A stretch of DNA of 64,000 nucleotides from Octopus vulgaris (lineage: Eukaryota): the NCBI GenBank assembly GCA_951406725.2, contig OX597817.1, positions 111,786,001-111,850,000 of the forward strand, given 5' to 3'. A model generated the notes under the pieces. It ran no database searches. It was not told the DNA's origin and saw only the letters and a program-made list of their open reading frames with translations. How positions within the stretch are numbered: the stretch's first letter is position 1; each line of letters begins with the position of its first letter. Position numbers and translations under genes: made by a program. This document shows, piece after piece, positions 26,095 to 39,780 of the stretch.

Positions 26095-26293
26095 TTTCAT
26101 GTCTTCAATGGGTAACATTGTACCCTGTGCATAGTTGTCAAAATCTCTTTTGGCAACCATTAAAGCAAACAACTACTTTGAATTAGCAGAGAACACTCTC
26201 TCCAATTTTAATAACCATTTTTGAGATATGAATATTAAGGTCTATTATATGCACAATCACTTAGTTGCTTTTAAAGAGCTTGATGATTTAAAT

Positions 26294-26634
26294 CAGGTAT
26301 TCTCAACCATTTTTTATCCAAGGATTCCTTTGATTAATATTTTATTCTGGTGGGCCCCCATAGCTATTTGATGTTTAAAAACTAGATTTACAGAAACTTT
26401 TTTCAAAATTCCTGCTTAGTTTTTCACACGTTAACTTATGTAGATTGAACTATGTAAAATGTTGGAGAGAGAAATCTAGCTGTTTCTTCCAATACAAACC
26501 AATATATACATCTAAAGCAAAATTTTTTCAGGGGCCCTTAAAGTATTATTGTGGATCCCCAATTTATTATGTGGACCCCTGAAAATCTTATATGGACGCT
26601 GAGAAGCCATGAGGACCTTGGTTGAGAATCACTG
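26294..26634. mobile_element. hAT (Charlie-like) MITE
   Basis: TIRs caggtattctcaacca / tggttgagaatcactg, flanked by ttaaat on both sides. Confidence 0.75.
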
Positions 26635-27326
26635 TTAAATGAAGAGCAAAGAGCAAAAATTCATTAGAATATAAAATATAATAATGGTAATAACATCACC
26701 AGTCCTCTAGTTGGCTCTAAAAAATATGTAAATGGAAGTGGATCCTTGCATAATTGTGTTGTCAGCTAAGAATTTTGAATTAATTAAAATTACACCCTTG
26801 AAGAAAACAATCATTATATTTGCAAAAGAAAAATTAATTCTGTTACCTTAAAAGTAAGACTTATTCATGGGTATAATTCATCTATTCTTTTGCTTATTTC
26901 AGTCAGTTAGGGCACTGCCTTGAAAATTTTTACCTGAACAAATTGACTCCAGTACTTTGCTACTTATTCTATCGGTTCCTTTTGCTGAACTGCTAAATTA
27001 TAGGAACATAAACAAACTGATATCTGTTGTCAAGTGGGGAGACATATTTCTCTCTCTCTTTACACAACAACAACAACCTTTCACTCAGTTTCTATCTACC
27101 AAATTCACTCAAAAGTATTGGTTACCACAGGGTTCTAGTAGAAGACACTTACTTGCCCAAGGTGCTGCATAGTGGGAATGTACCTGAAATCAGATGATTG
27201 CAAAATGAACTTCTTAATCAAATAGTATATTTGAACCAATTTAAGGTATTAATTCTAAATGGATCATCAGTTTTGCAGAATCAGCTTTAGTTTTGGGAAA
27301 TACAGCATACTCTTTTACATGCTTCT

Positions 27327-27620
27327 TGTGAAGGCACATGGCTCAGTGGTTAGAGTGTCAGTCTCACAATCATGAGATAGTGAGTTTGATTCCTGGACTG
27401 GGTTATGTGTTGTGTTCTTGAGCAATACACTTTATTTCCCATTGCTTCAGTTTACTCAGTTATAGAAAAGAGTTGCAATGTTACTGGTGCCATGCTGTAT
27501 CAACCTTTGCCTTTCTCTTGGATTACCTCAGTGGCACAAAGAGAGGAAGCTGGTATGTATGGGAGACTTCTGGTCTTAAATAAACGAATTTGTCCAGACT
27601 TGTACCTTGGAAGGGGACTG
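27327..27620 (+). mobile_element. tRNA-derived SINE, family C
   Basis: tggctcagtggttagag (A box) and gagtttgattcc (B box). Related head at 54357-54620. Confidence 0.75.
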
Positions 27621-28145
27621 GATCTATTCAATTTGACGTACAGATTTTTTAATTAATTGTTTTTAACTAACCAGTTTGAAACTTCGGATACTGTTGGAGG
27701 TTTTTCTATTCTGTATATAAAAAAAGTTTGGCTACTTTTTCTAGCCCTAACCCTAACCCAACATACAGTCTCCGTCATTGGTCTGTCTCAGTAATAATTT
27801 TGTTACTATTTAGCTTCAAATCAACCTTGATACTGCAAACCTATCATCAAAGACATTCCAGTCTTCAGCAAACCGTCTTTTTAGGGATAATCTAGGATAT
27901 TATGTACAATGGATGTGTGATCTAGGTAGGGGGATACTTTGGCTGTTATTTTTAGCGTGATGAGCGATCAAGTGGAGGCTCTTTCATTGGTTCAATTGCA
28001 TAATGAGATTTTTTTACACATATGTGTATGTATATATATCATCAGCAGAAGTTAGAAAGTAAGTCAAAAGCTGAGAGTTTTGTGTATTGGCACTTATCAA
28101 GCACGAATTTGGCCATTGTCACTCTGTAACTTTTGCCTACTATTA

Positions 28146-28152
<7 letters not shown>

Positions 28153-28232
<80 letters not shown>
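28153..28232. repeat. (TA)n microsatellite
   Basis: Read directly from the sequence. Confidence 0.95.
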
Positions 28233-28942
<710 letters not shown>

Positions 28943-31900
28943 GATTTTTTTTATTGGCCATGCAGGGCTGAACACAGAAGGGACAAAATACAATGTAGAG
29001 CTTTTCTTTTTGGGAAGAAGAGAAGGAAAAAACAGTGAGTCAAATTCCAATCAAAAGGGATCGGGAAAAAAAAAGTGGGGACGATCAATAGGGATCGTGT
29101 ATCACAGAAATGTCAATGTAAAAAGGGAAAACAGATTAGGTTTCTCCATGGATAGAAAAGCCTATGGAAAAGACCACGGGAACCTTGGGCAATAGTGTCA
29201 TGCCAAAAGAAAACACATTACAGTAAGTGGCTCCCTTTTTTCCTTTGTTTTTTTTGCTTCATAGGATTATGCTCAAGCTGGCTCCGTCATTCACACGTAC
29301 CATCCTTGCTACATTCACCCATCTTTTTTTGAAACATTCACTAGACAAAACTTCCCTCTCTACTCTCACCTTCCTCTTCAAGTGATACTTGAAGAAGTTG
29401 ATGAGAGATTCACCAGAGAGGAAAGTCTTTGTCTCTAGACCTTTCAGACGTGTCCACCATACACATTCTTTTACCATAGCCACAAGTACAATGAAAACAG
29501 CTCTTCCTTCTCGTTTCAAGGAAGGACACGTGACAATATTCACGATAGACTCGGTTGATAAACCGACTCGTCCCACACGTGATAGCAATCGTTTGACATA
29601 GGCCCACAGGTCGGAAATGGTTGGACACTGTACGAGTGCGTGCAGGATTGTTTCGTCACTCTGACTGCATCTCGGACAGGTTGGCCCCATGTTTCTCAAG
29701 CCATGCCTGTAGAGCTTATCCCGAACAGGTAGCACTTCTCAATAGTACTACCAGGCCAGGGGGCCTCTGGAAGTTGACCATAGGTCCTGGCCTGAAAGTC
29801 GTCTTGAACAAGCGGGTCAGGTATTCCTCGTCAATGACCAGCTTCACCCCGAGATCGTTGTTGTATTTTCCCTCCACTAATCCCCTACAGAATGCTTTGG
29901 TTGTGTTGAAGTCACTTAAGGTCAACCCAGAATGGCAGAGTTGCTTGAGAGCAACACAACACTCACGGGGCAATTTGCCCTTCCTCCGCCTTTTTTTGAT
30001 CCACAACTGCAGTTCAGTCATGGAGACGAGCTGCAGGAAAGTGCACCTCACAAACAGTGACCACACCCATTCACTGTCGCCTACATAGAGCCAGAGACGT
30101 TGCAGTATCAGCGTGTGTCTGCGCATCATCAACCACGACATGCCCAGCCCTCCTTTTAATGGGTGTTAGCAGCAAATAGATCACCTGACCATCAGAACGC
30201 ATCCTTTCCACAAGAAGCAGAAGAGAATGCATTCTAGTTTGGTGATGGTAGGGTCAGGACATGGCATGATGGTCAGGTGGTAGTAGATGACGGACGCAAT
30301 GTACGTGCTCGCCACCTCTGCCCGACCTTTTAGGGACAGCTTCCTCTCAGCCCATTGCCGGGCAAGAGTGACCACCCTACTCATTATCTCATCCCAGTTC
30401 TTCTCCATTTGGAGGTCTGGACCAAACCAGACCCCGAACAATTTGACAGGACCGTCAGTCCAGCGTCCCATGACGGAAGTGCTGGTGGATGGCATGGGCT
30501 TGCTTCTCCAGGTACCAAGCTACAAGCCCACTGACTTTTCCTGGTTGATTTTTGCTCGTTACCACTTCGTAGTCTTTCACCGACCAGCTCGATGTGCTTC
30601 TGGCTAGACACTATGACGGTGACGTTGTCTGCGTATATAGACACGCTCATCCTGCATCCCAATTCTTACGGGATGCTCCTCAGTCGCCAGCTTTCACAGT
30701 AGTGGCTTGAGAGTCATGTATAAAAGCGATGAGAGGGGGCATCCCTGATGGACTGAACATGCAATGTCGAAAGGTCTCGATAGATGTCTATTTATGTGAA
30801 ATACTGAATGGATGCCTCTGTACAAAGCAGCTATCTAGCTGCAGAAGATGGGACCGAAACCAGCCGCTATGAGGACAGCCTCCAAGTATCAATGGTCTAC
30901 CCTATCGAAAGCTTTGGATTGATCCAAATTGATCAGGGCCCCACCCATGCCAGGTTCCTTAACTACCCTGTCTATGATGTAGCACATCAGATGAGAGGTT
31001 GTCATGGATGCTCCGGCCCGGCATGGCACATGTTTGCACCTTGTCAACCAGTTTCTCTCAATGACAAGCGCCATCCTCTTGGCTAACACCTTGGCCAAAA
31101 TTTTCAAGTTTGCACTGAGCAGAGTGATGGGCCTAAAGTTATCTATTACGTCCCCCTCATCTAGATCTTTCTTCAGCAGTGTTACAGCTCCTCGGCTCAC
31201 AAAACCGGGGATGCTCCTGTTTTGCTGCCAAGACGTCTCCAAACAAGAATGGCATACAACTGTAAAGCTCGTAGGGTAGACTATCCAAACTCAGTGATTT
31301 GTCCCTTGAGCATTCTGCCGCCATGATGGCAGCAACACCTTGCCTCTCTTGTCGAGAGTTGTGGCAGGCTGTGTAGGTAGGCAATGAAATCCACCTTGCG
31401 TTCTCACCTGCCACTCGTCCCGAACATTCGAGCAAAATGCTGTTGAAAGGCCTCACACATTTTACTTGGCTCGAGTAATTCACGCCCCTGTTCATCTACC
31501 AGAGACTGAATGGTGGCTTTGTTGCCCTGTTGCACCTCCGCCACCCAGGCCTCTCATGTGGGTCCAACACTTTCGTTCCTTAGGGCACACATCCTAGCTC
31601 TGACAACACACCCTTCATGTTTGGCATTGAAGTGTTGGTCTAGGGCCAACCTCGCCGCCAAAACATCAGATATAATGCCGCTTCTAATTACCTCTTCTGG
31701 CTTCTTACCTAGGTCACCCTCTACTCTGTTTCTATCTATGGCTGGTGCTTTGCTATATTTAATTTCTTCTGCTTCTATTGCTCTCTTGAGGGCAAACCAC
31801 CATTTGTTGTTGATGATGGTTCCCGTGAAAGCCCTCTTTACTAGCATGCTAATCCGGTCTCTGAAAACCTGTCTCGATGGGAAAGATGCGTTTAGTTTCC

Positions 31901-33575
31901 AGTACCCGGGACCCTGCCTATGTGTCTTACCTAAGTCTAGCGTACACGTTACAAGTTTGTGATCTGTGTAGCTGACTATGTGGGATTGTGGATACCCTAT
32001 GCTATCTCTATCTACTGTCCTGCACAGTATCCTATCTAGATATGATCTCGACGACCCGATGTGGTTGCTCCATGTCCACGTTGGCGCATTCGGGTGATCG
32101 AGTTGGTACCTGTCAGACAGTGGAAAGTGTCTGGGCAGGTCTCCGAGGCATTTGCATCCCCATCTATTCCTATCTCTGCCCACATAGTCTACATGTGTGG
32201 CCAAGGTAGCATTCTAATCCCCCACTAAAAGTAAAGGATGAGATGTTCCTAGGAATACTTCTAGACATCGAAAGAAATCCGGCTGACCTGTTAAAGGCAG
32301 TGCATAGACTGATACAATTTGAAAAGCGCACCCATTGCTGCTATCGACATCTAGAACGATCAGTCTACCCTCCGGGTCTACGAATATTGTCTTTACTTCA
32401 AGATCCAGACTCTTGCGAAAAAGTACCATGGACTTTAGGGCCCGTGGATTATGGAGTCTGGTCTCACTTATAGCTATGATTTTTAACTAGTGTGTCTGTA
32501 TGTCATTTAAGAGGTACCCTTGTTTCCAAGCCACACAACAAATCTTGATCATAATCCTAGTGAATTAAAACACATACGAAAGGAATAGAGGGTTACTGCT
32601 CAAAAGTTTTTGCTTTCTCTTCCCATGGTTTGTCGTCAAGGAGATCCCAATACAGTTTCTTCATGAGGTATTTTTGGCATTTACCAACCGCACTGGGGAA
32701 AATGCCTTTTAGTGTGTGGTGTAGACTTCTTGAGATGTGTAGTATTTGGATGTGCTCCGGTGGTGTTGTGTATGGGTGGTTGTTTGTTTTTGTTATCTTT
32801 TGTTAGGTTTGTTTTTGATTTGATGTATTCCATCAAATCTATGTTTTTAGTGTCTATAGCTGTGAACATGTTTGCTGTATATATTGTTGTGGTGTTGGTG
32901 TTGCTGTTGTTTGTGGTAGATTTCAAAATGTCTTGAGGAAATGTATATCCCCCTGCTTTGTTTGCATTTGCATTTGGTTTGGTTGTTTTTTTGCTCCTTT
33001 TCTGGCTATTTGCCATTCCTCACTGGTTTCATCTTCCGACGAAATTTCTGAGGAATCGGATGGTGGTAGGGGCATTTTGTAGGCTTCTATGATTGTTTGT
33101 GTAAGTGGTTGTGTTGCTGTTTTCATTGATGTTGGTTGTTGGCTGTTTGTTTGTGCTGTATGTGATATAGGGGAAGGGGTATAAGTTTTTGTGTTTTCTT
33201 TTGTTATTTTTTATTTCTTTAGTTGTTGTTGTTGGTGTTTTTCCAGGTGCTGGTGTATGTTCATTTGTTGGCGTTGGCATATTTGGTTTGTATATTTCTT
33301 TTGTCGTACTCCCTTTGCTTGTCTTCTGTGTTGGTGATAGTGTGGGTAGCAAGGGTTCCTTTATCCTTGTTGTGGTTGATGATCTTTTTCTTGCTGTTTT
33401 TGTTGTTCCATTGCTGTTGGGTACTTAGTTTTGACGTGTTCTTCGCTTCCACACATGTAACATCGAGGCCTCCTACCTCCCAGCACCATGTATAGGTTAT
33501 GGCCATCAACAACAAAACCAAGGTTGCAAGGCCATCCACCATCACCAATGATTCTGCCATTTTCATTTGACACCG
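28943..33575 (-). mobile_element. Decayed L1/Tx1-clade non-LTR retrotransposon (ORF1 zinc knuckle; ORF2 APE-RT-zf)
   Basis: ORF1 knuckle RCYMCGSEEH. APE motifs GRLIVLDV..VSVYA..LVGD, TWTW, SYLDRI, TDHKLV, GPGYWKLN. RT motifs NFRPITLL, LDQSKAFDRVDH, YADN. C-terminal CPRC..ETILHALVQC. 3' AATAAAAAAAA tail at ~28943-28954. Many frameshifts and stops. Confidence 0.93.
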
Positions 33576-34734
33576 CTAGAAAAAAATCTCATTTTCCGTA
33601 GCGGTGTCGTATGAAATTGTCACCCATAATTATAACCCTAGTATCGATCTATTGCATTTCAATTTATTTTAGATTTAGGGGTAGGGTATCTTTTTTCTTC
33701 ACAAATGTAAATAAACCCAATCTGTTTCTTAAAGGAGGGACATATTCATTATGCACAGAATGTTATTTACCTAAATGGACTCCAGTGATTGGTTAAAATT
33801 GCCGAAATATCTTACAACCTAGAGAATTTTCTCAATAAAGCCAAGAGAAAATGATGTTTTATAAACTAATTCTACCAATATACGAAGTTTAAAACTTTTT
33901 AGTTACCTAGAAATTATGTTACAAAGTGCCGTTCAAAAGGAAAAGATCCCAAAAACCCTTTTCTCCCCCCCCCCCCATATATATATATATGATCTGAATG
34001 ATATGATATATATGTAAAAAATGTAATATATAGATAAATATCTGTAAATATGAACCATCTGATCTTCTGATTACCTCATTTCTTCTAATATATATATATA
34101 TATATATAAAAAAACACTTTCTTGAAATGTATCCGGTACTTTCGGTACCTATACCGAAGTTACGCCGCATTTAGATATAATTAGTGAAGAAAGTAAAATG
34201 TAACTGCTAGTCTTCGAAAGGTATGAGCAATAGTTTTCAAAAAGCAACGAAGCTTGATTCACGACCAAGCAGGCCGCATTACTAAAACAATTCAAGGTTA
34301 TTTTTCGTAAGGTGTGCCATTGAGAAAGTCCCGCGAGCCGCAGTTTGCCTCCGAACAAACTATGATAAGTCAAATTTATTTACCTTTGTTTTATATGGAG
34401 CGATCTGTTGTTAGCTAAGTAGTTTGAACTTATAGCCTTTCTTACGTTATGTGAAACTAAATCTTATAACTTTTTTAGTTGTAGCTTTCATGTGTTCTCG
34501 TACTGTTAGCGTTAGAGAGCTGAATGCAAAACTAGGCTACCGCAGAAATACTGATGTTAACACACTGGTACGAGCTAGTTTGGCTGTGACATTTAATAGA
34601 TCTTTTATTTGTAGCAGGAAAATAATATAGTAGACGGAAAACGAAAAAAAAACCCCTATGTATTTACAAAATTATGCTTTTATGGTCAGTGATGCAACAT
34701 AAAATACATGGTAAATCCACGTGCTTCTATGTGT

Positions 34735-34812
34735 AACTTCCGTTTTACCCATAGTTCATTTCACAAAAACGGAAGTTGTTCTTTCTCTTGAATCTGTGAT
34801 CGGGATTGAACG
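34735..34812 (+). promoter_or_regulatory. RPS12: RPS12 core promoter and non-coding exon 1 (TCT/5'TOP start, paired ETS sites)
   Basis: Inverted ETS sites aacttccgtttt (34735-34746) and aaaacggaagtt (34766-34777). Pyrimidine tract ttctttctctt (34779-34789). Donor cg|gtatgt at 34812/34813; next acceptor at 34942/34943. Confidence 0.8.
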
Positions 34813-34958
34813 GTATGTTACATTCTTTCAATCTATTAATGTATTTCATTGTTTATTGAGCATCGTCGTAATATTTAATAATTTATATCTAAAGGACATA
34901 ATCTAATACTTATTTTGTAATTTCTTTTCTAATAAATTTCAGCTAGTAACCCGAGAAA

Positions 34959-36105
34959 ATGTCTGATACTGAAAGGTAGGTACACGTTTATTCCTGTTTT
35001 ACCTCCATCTTCCTCATGCTATAAATGTTAATATTTCGTTTATTTGAATTTTGTATGCTTTTATTTGGTTTGAAAATACTTTTAATACTACATTTACTCA
35101 CTTAAAGGCTGACTAAAAGACTATTGATAGCTAAAAGATTAAAATAAAATATGTAATTTTATTACATATTAAAATATGTAATAAAATAATTATTACATAT
35201 TGATGTTTGTCATAACCTATAATTATGAATTATTACTCTTTACAGGGAAGATGCCCCAGCTCCTGCTGGCTCGCTCGATTTATACTCTGCTTTGCAGGAA
35301 ATTTTAAAGACCTCTCTCATTCACGATGGCTTAGAAAGAGGACTCAGCCAGTGTTGTAAAGCACTAGACAAGTATGTGTTGGTTTTCTTCCTAGTTTAAA
35401 TATTTGTGACGACTAAATTATGATTCCATGGTATTTAATTGCGAAAATAATGATATATGCGGCATTCCTTCAATATAACTCGACAAAATCAAAACATTTC
35501 ACTTGGGTTTTATTTCCGTGGGTTGTGTAGAACAGATATAACGAAATTATGCCAGTAATGTCTCATTTTAAATTTGAAGAAAAAAAAAGCCTTGCATATT
35601 TGTTCTTACCCGTTTCATGTGTATGTAAATTCCGCAAATTTCAAGCAGAAAACAATCGAACTGTCATTTGCTTCCACGGAAATGCCCGAAGTGAAATGTT
35701 TTGATTTTGTCGAGTTATATCGAAAGAATGCTAAGATTATTTTCTTCACTTTCTATTGATAGGTCGATGTGTGTGAGTGCTTCGCGTATGCTATTTAAGT
35801 GTTACGCTATAGTTTCTATGTCTCTAAACTATTTTTGTTTCCTCCCATCTAGACGAAAAGCCCATTTGTGTATCTTGGCAAACAGTGTAGATGAACCCAG
35901 CTATACTAAACTAGTTGAAGCTCTCTGCACTGAACACGGTATCAACCTCCTCAAAGTAAGAGCAATTATTTATTTACTTGGGTTTTAAAATTGATTTTTA
36001 AAATGCTTCTGCTGAATTTTTTTTCTAATTACTCGTGTCAGCTTTTGAAAGTAAAACCTTATGGATTTGTATCAGGTTATATTTTACTTTGGTGTGTATG
36101 CATGG

Positions 36106-36164
<59 letters not shown>

Positions 36165-39100
36165 GAGTCTCTCATGGTCAACCAACACGTTGCAATTTAA
36201 CTCCTTTTTGGAAAATTCTCCCAGTTAACCAGTTTAAATATGAAAATTTAATTTACCTATTTCTCTAATTGACTATGGAAACGGCTGTAGGGATAAGAAT
36301 TTCATATTATATTGATTTAACTATCTTTGAATAACCTGATGTCTATATATCAATTTTTCCATTTTCTTTTTCTCAATCATAAATCATTTAAACACCCATA
36401 TCCATCATTGCAAAATTAACGTATTTAGCTTTTCACGGAACACTTGTAAAAACCGGAAAGCTACGATGCAAACATCCCTTAAAGGATTATAGGCCCTTTG
36501 TATAGTTATATATAGCTGATATTTGCTTTTAACTTGTGATTCCATGTGTTACACAATTGGCTTGTAGCATTTAATACCCCTACATTAGCTGATATTAGTA
36601 CTGCAATTACTTGTCCAGTCATAACTTCTAATTGTTAAATTGCCTGTATAAAAACTCACGTTTTTTGTATTTTAAAGAGATGTCTACTATCGTCATCGTT
36701 ATACTTCCGCTTATCATGTTGGCATGTTATAGTATATCACCCTCGTAATTAGCACACGTCTGTCATTGATAAATCTTACTCTAATCCGACGGTGAAGAAA
36801 TACTTGATCAAAAATTGATATTGTCATGCATGTTAATCAAGGAGTAATTAGCTGCAACAAATGGATGTAAATTTATTCCAAATAACTTATATGTTTCTTA
36901 CTATTTGTCTCATGTAGTAGTCAAGTTAACTCCCTTACTTAAACCGACTGCCTTCAATTAATAACTGGTATGCGATTTTATAATTTTTATAGATGCTTAT
37001 TCAGCAAATATGAATAGTATTCTACAATGCAGCACATCTTGTGAAAGGTCATACCTCTGTATAGGTAATGTTCCTTCCAAGGTGAAAGAATTGAGTATGA
37101 TAATAAATGCTCCCTCTTTCTCAACCTCAAGTAAATTGTCATGGCTTTGCACTGAGCAAACATTTTCTACTATATTAGCCTCGTGAAGATGAAAAAGTAC
37201 TGTTGTTACTGATTATTAGACCAAGCTAGTTGGATATAGCTTCTGATATTGTTTCGCTTTCAGCTTGCACATGTTCATATTTCTGCAATAATCTGTCTAG
37301 ATGTATACGCCTGGAAGCCCGTTGTGTCTGTAGGTGCTCTTGTCTAGTAGAAGTCATGGTTATAAATGAGCAATATTACACAAGACAAGGTTTTTCCATC
37401 TGGCTATGGGGAATGTAACCTTACCTGGAAGCCAGTGTGGAGTTGCAAATAGGAAGAGCATTCAGTTTTAGAAAATACTTCAAATATTCAATCTAACCCA
37501 TGCAGGCATCGTAAGATGGACGTTTAATAACGATAGGCTACTGATTGGGGGGGGGTGTCTTTTATATATGAACAGTTTTTATTTTTACTAGTTATTGAAT
37601 TTTATGTAATGTTTGTTTTACTCAAATTATGGCTTTATTCAAGTGATTGATACTGGTTTCTTTTGCTTTGAATATTCCCATTATTAGTGATAACTTGGAT
37701 TTTTTTTCTTTCCTTAACTATTACTGTAGTGTTGGGTGTGATGATGATGAATGCTCCCTCTACTGATTATAAAATGAGGATTGCAGTGTCTGACCCAATT
37801 GTTGTTGAGAATGGTACAAAATACAAAATGCTTGGAAGTTTGCTTAGCTTCAGGCCAGGCATGATTGACTTATAATCAAAGATGGGTACTACTATAGCGT
37901 GTGATCTGCAGTAGTATCAGTGAAATGGGTTAGGGTTAGTCTGTATGCTAAAGTATAAATGGCCAAGTAGACTGTGGTACCCAAGATGTTTAAACTGTAA
38001 CTCTGGAACATTATTAGAATTAAGAATTGAATTTTATAGTCAAAGGTATTTGCATGGTCTCTCTCTCACTATCAAGTACTTTCTACAATGGCCCCCAGAC
38101 TTGATGATTTTGGGGATGATACTTTGAAAGGTGACATGTCATGTGTGTTGGGTTTGTCACTAGCTTCCCATCCTGTGTTTGCTTGCACCCCTGTAACTTA
38201 GCATTTTTGGCAAAAATAACCAATTCACACTATTCTGTCAAAAGTAATGTTTGTTTATTTACGCTATTGTGGATTACTTGTGCAATATTTTGTAGTTTGA
38301 GATTTTGATGAATTAACTATTAATTTTTAGAATAATATTGTAGGGTTGGCATGAGGTGCCAGGCCTGGCCAAAAGCAGGTAGAATATTTTGGCCAGTTAT
38401 GGCCGGTTTAAATGCAAAAGGGTTAAAGATGATACATTCAGCATTTCCATTTTTGGAGGTTTTGTACCTTGGTTGTTTTGCTTATTTTAAAAAACCTTTT
38501 ATACACTTGTCTAAGTTATGTGTTGGATATGACCGAGGGCTCTCTTTAATGATGTATAATATGGATTGCGACATCTGATCCAGCATAGAAAGTATTTTTA
38601 CCGTGTGGCTGGGGCTGTTTAACCCATGGTCATTCTTCATTAAGTAAATCCATGATCAGAAATCCCCTGTTACTTTTGTTTATGTCTCTTTATTATATAT
38701 GTGACTAATGTATTCTTTATTATAGTGGTAGGATGGGATTTAAAGAAAGTTTTGCTATCCTTAGCAGGTCAAGCAACTACTGAACCTCAACCATTGAGTT
38801 TCATGGTATTGTATAGATAGTTGTCTGAGGTACTAGAATCTTCCAATTTGGTGAAGTTTAAGGCCCAGTTGAGCTAAATGTAGAATGACAAAATCACTTA
38901 TCTTGAGGTATCCATTTCATTGCATTTATGTAAAGTTTATCTAAATTTTCTTTGAATCTGTTACAAAAAATATTTGTCCCAACATGCATAGCTGTTTTCA
39001 CCTTTTATTTTTCTGATATGTAACAATATTGTTTTATACTATGTAATATGGTTGGATATGATGAAGCTAAATGCTCCCTCTTCTGAAATGTCTATTGAGG

Positions 39101-39734
39101 ATTGCAATAACTGACCCAACCGTATTTTGTTACCCCCAAGTTTTCAACCATGAAGTGAAGCATTAAAATATATCACAAGGGGAAAAATATTATTTTGCTT
39201 AGTGAAAAAGGTGGGGAGATTCTCTTTTGCAAAAGAGATAATTTCACTGCAACATAGTTTATTCCATTTAGTGAATTTTTCATAAAGACAATGGTGGTTA
39301 CACTAAGTATCTGAATATTGGGACAGACTAGTAGCTACATGTTGGCTCCACTAACCTTTTGTCATTTTCATCACTGGAAACTTTTTACTTAATTCACATG
39401 CTAAGTCAAACCTCTTTGAACAGATTGCAATGGCAATCAGTCAAGGTTTATAGCTGATTTCATAGGTTGGTTTTTTTCTCTCTCTTATGCCCTCTTTCCA
39501 TTACATCCATAACTTAAAACATCTTGTGATACATCTGAAAGATTTTGCTGTTGCATTGGACAATGCTCTCTCTCTCTCCTAATACATAATGAAGATTGCA
39601 ATGATTCACCTATTAAGAATTTACAAAATATGACCTCAATCTAAACAACCTCTCAAATATACATTGATTTAAGTAGTCCTGTGATGGGACACTTCAGTCA
39701 TGATGCCTAAATTTCAAGTGCATGTAGGACTGCT

Positions 39735-39780
<46 letters not shown>

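Noticed and set aside
27333-27405. tRNA-like sequence with A and B boxes
   Set aside because: No complete cloverleaf, and it continues into a SINE body; a SINE head rather than a tRNA gene.
27745-27759. (CCCTAA)2.5 telomere-like repeat
   Set aside because: Too short to call an interstitial telomere.
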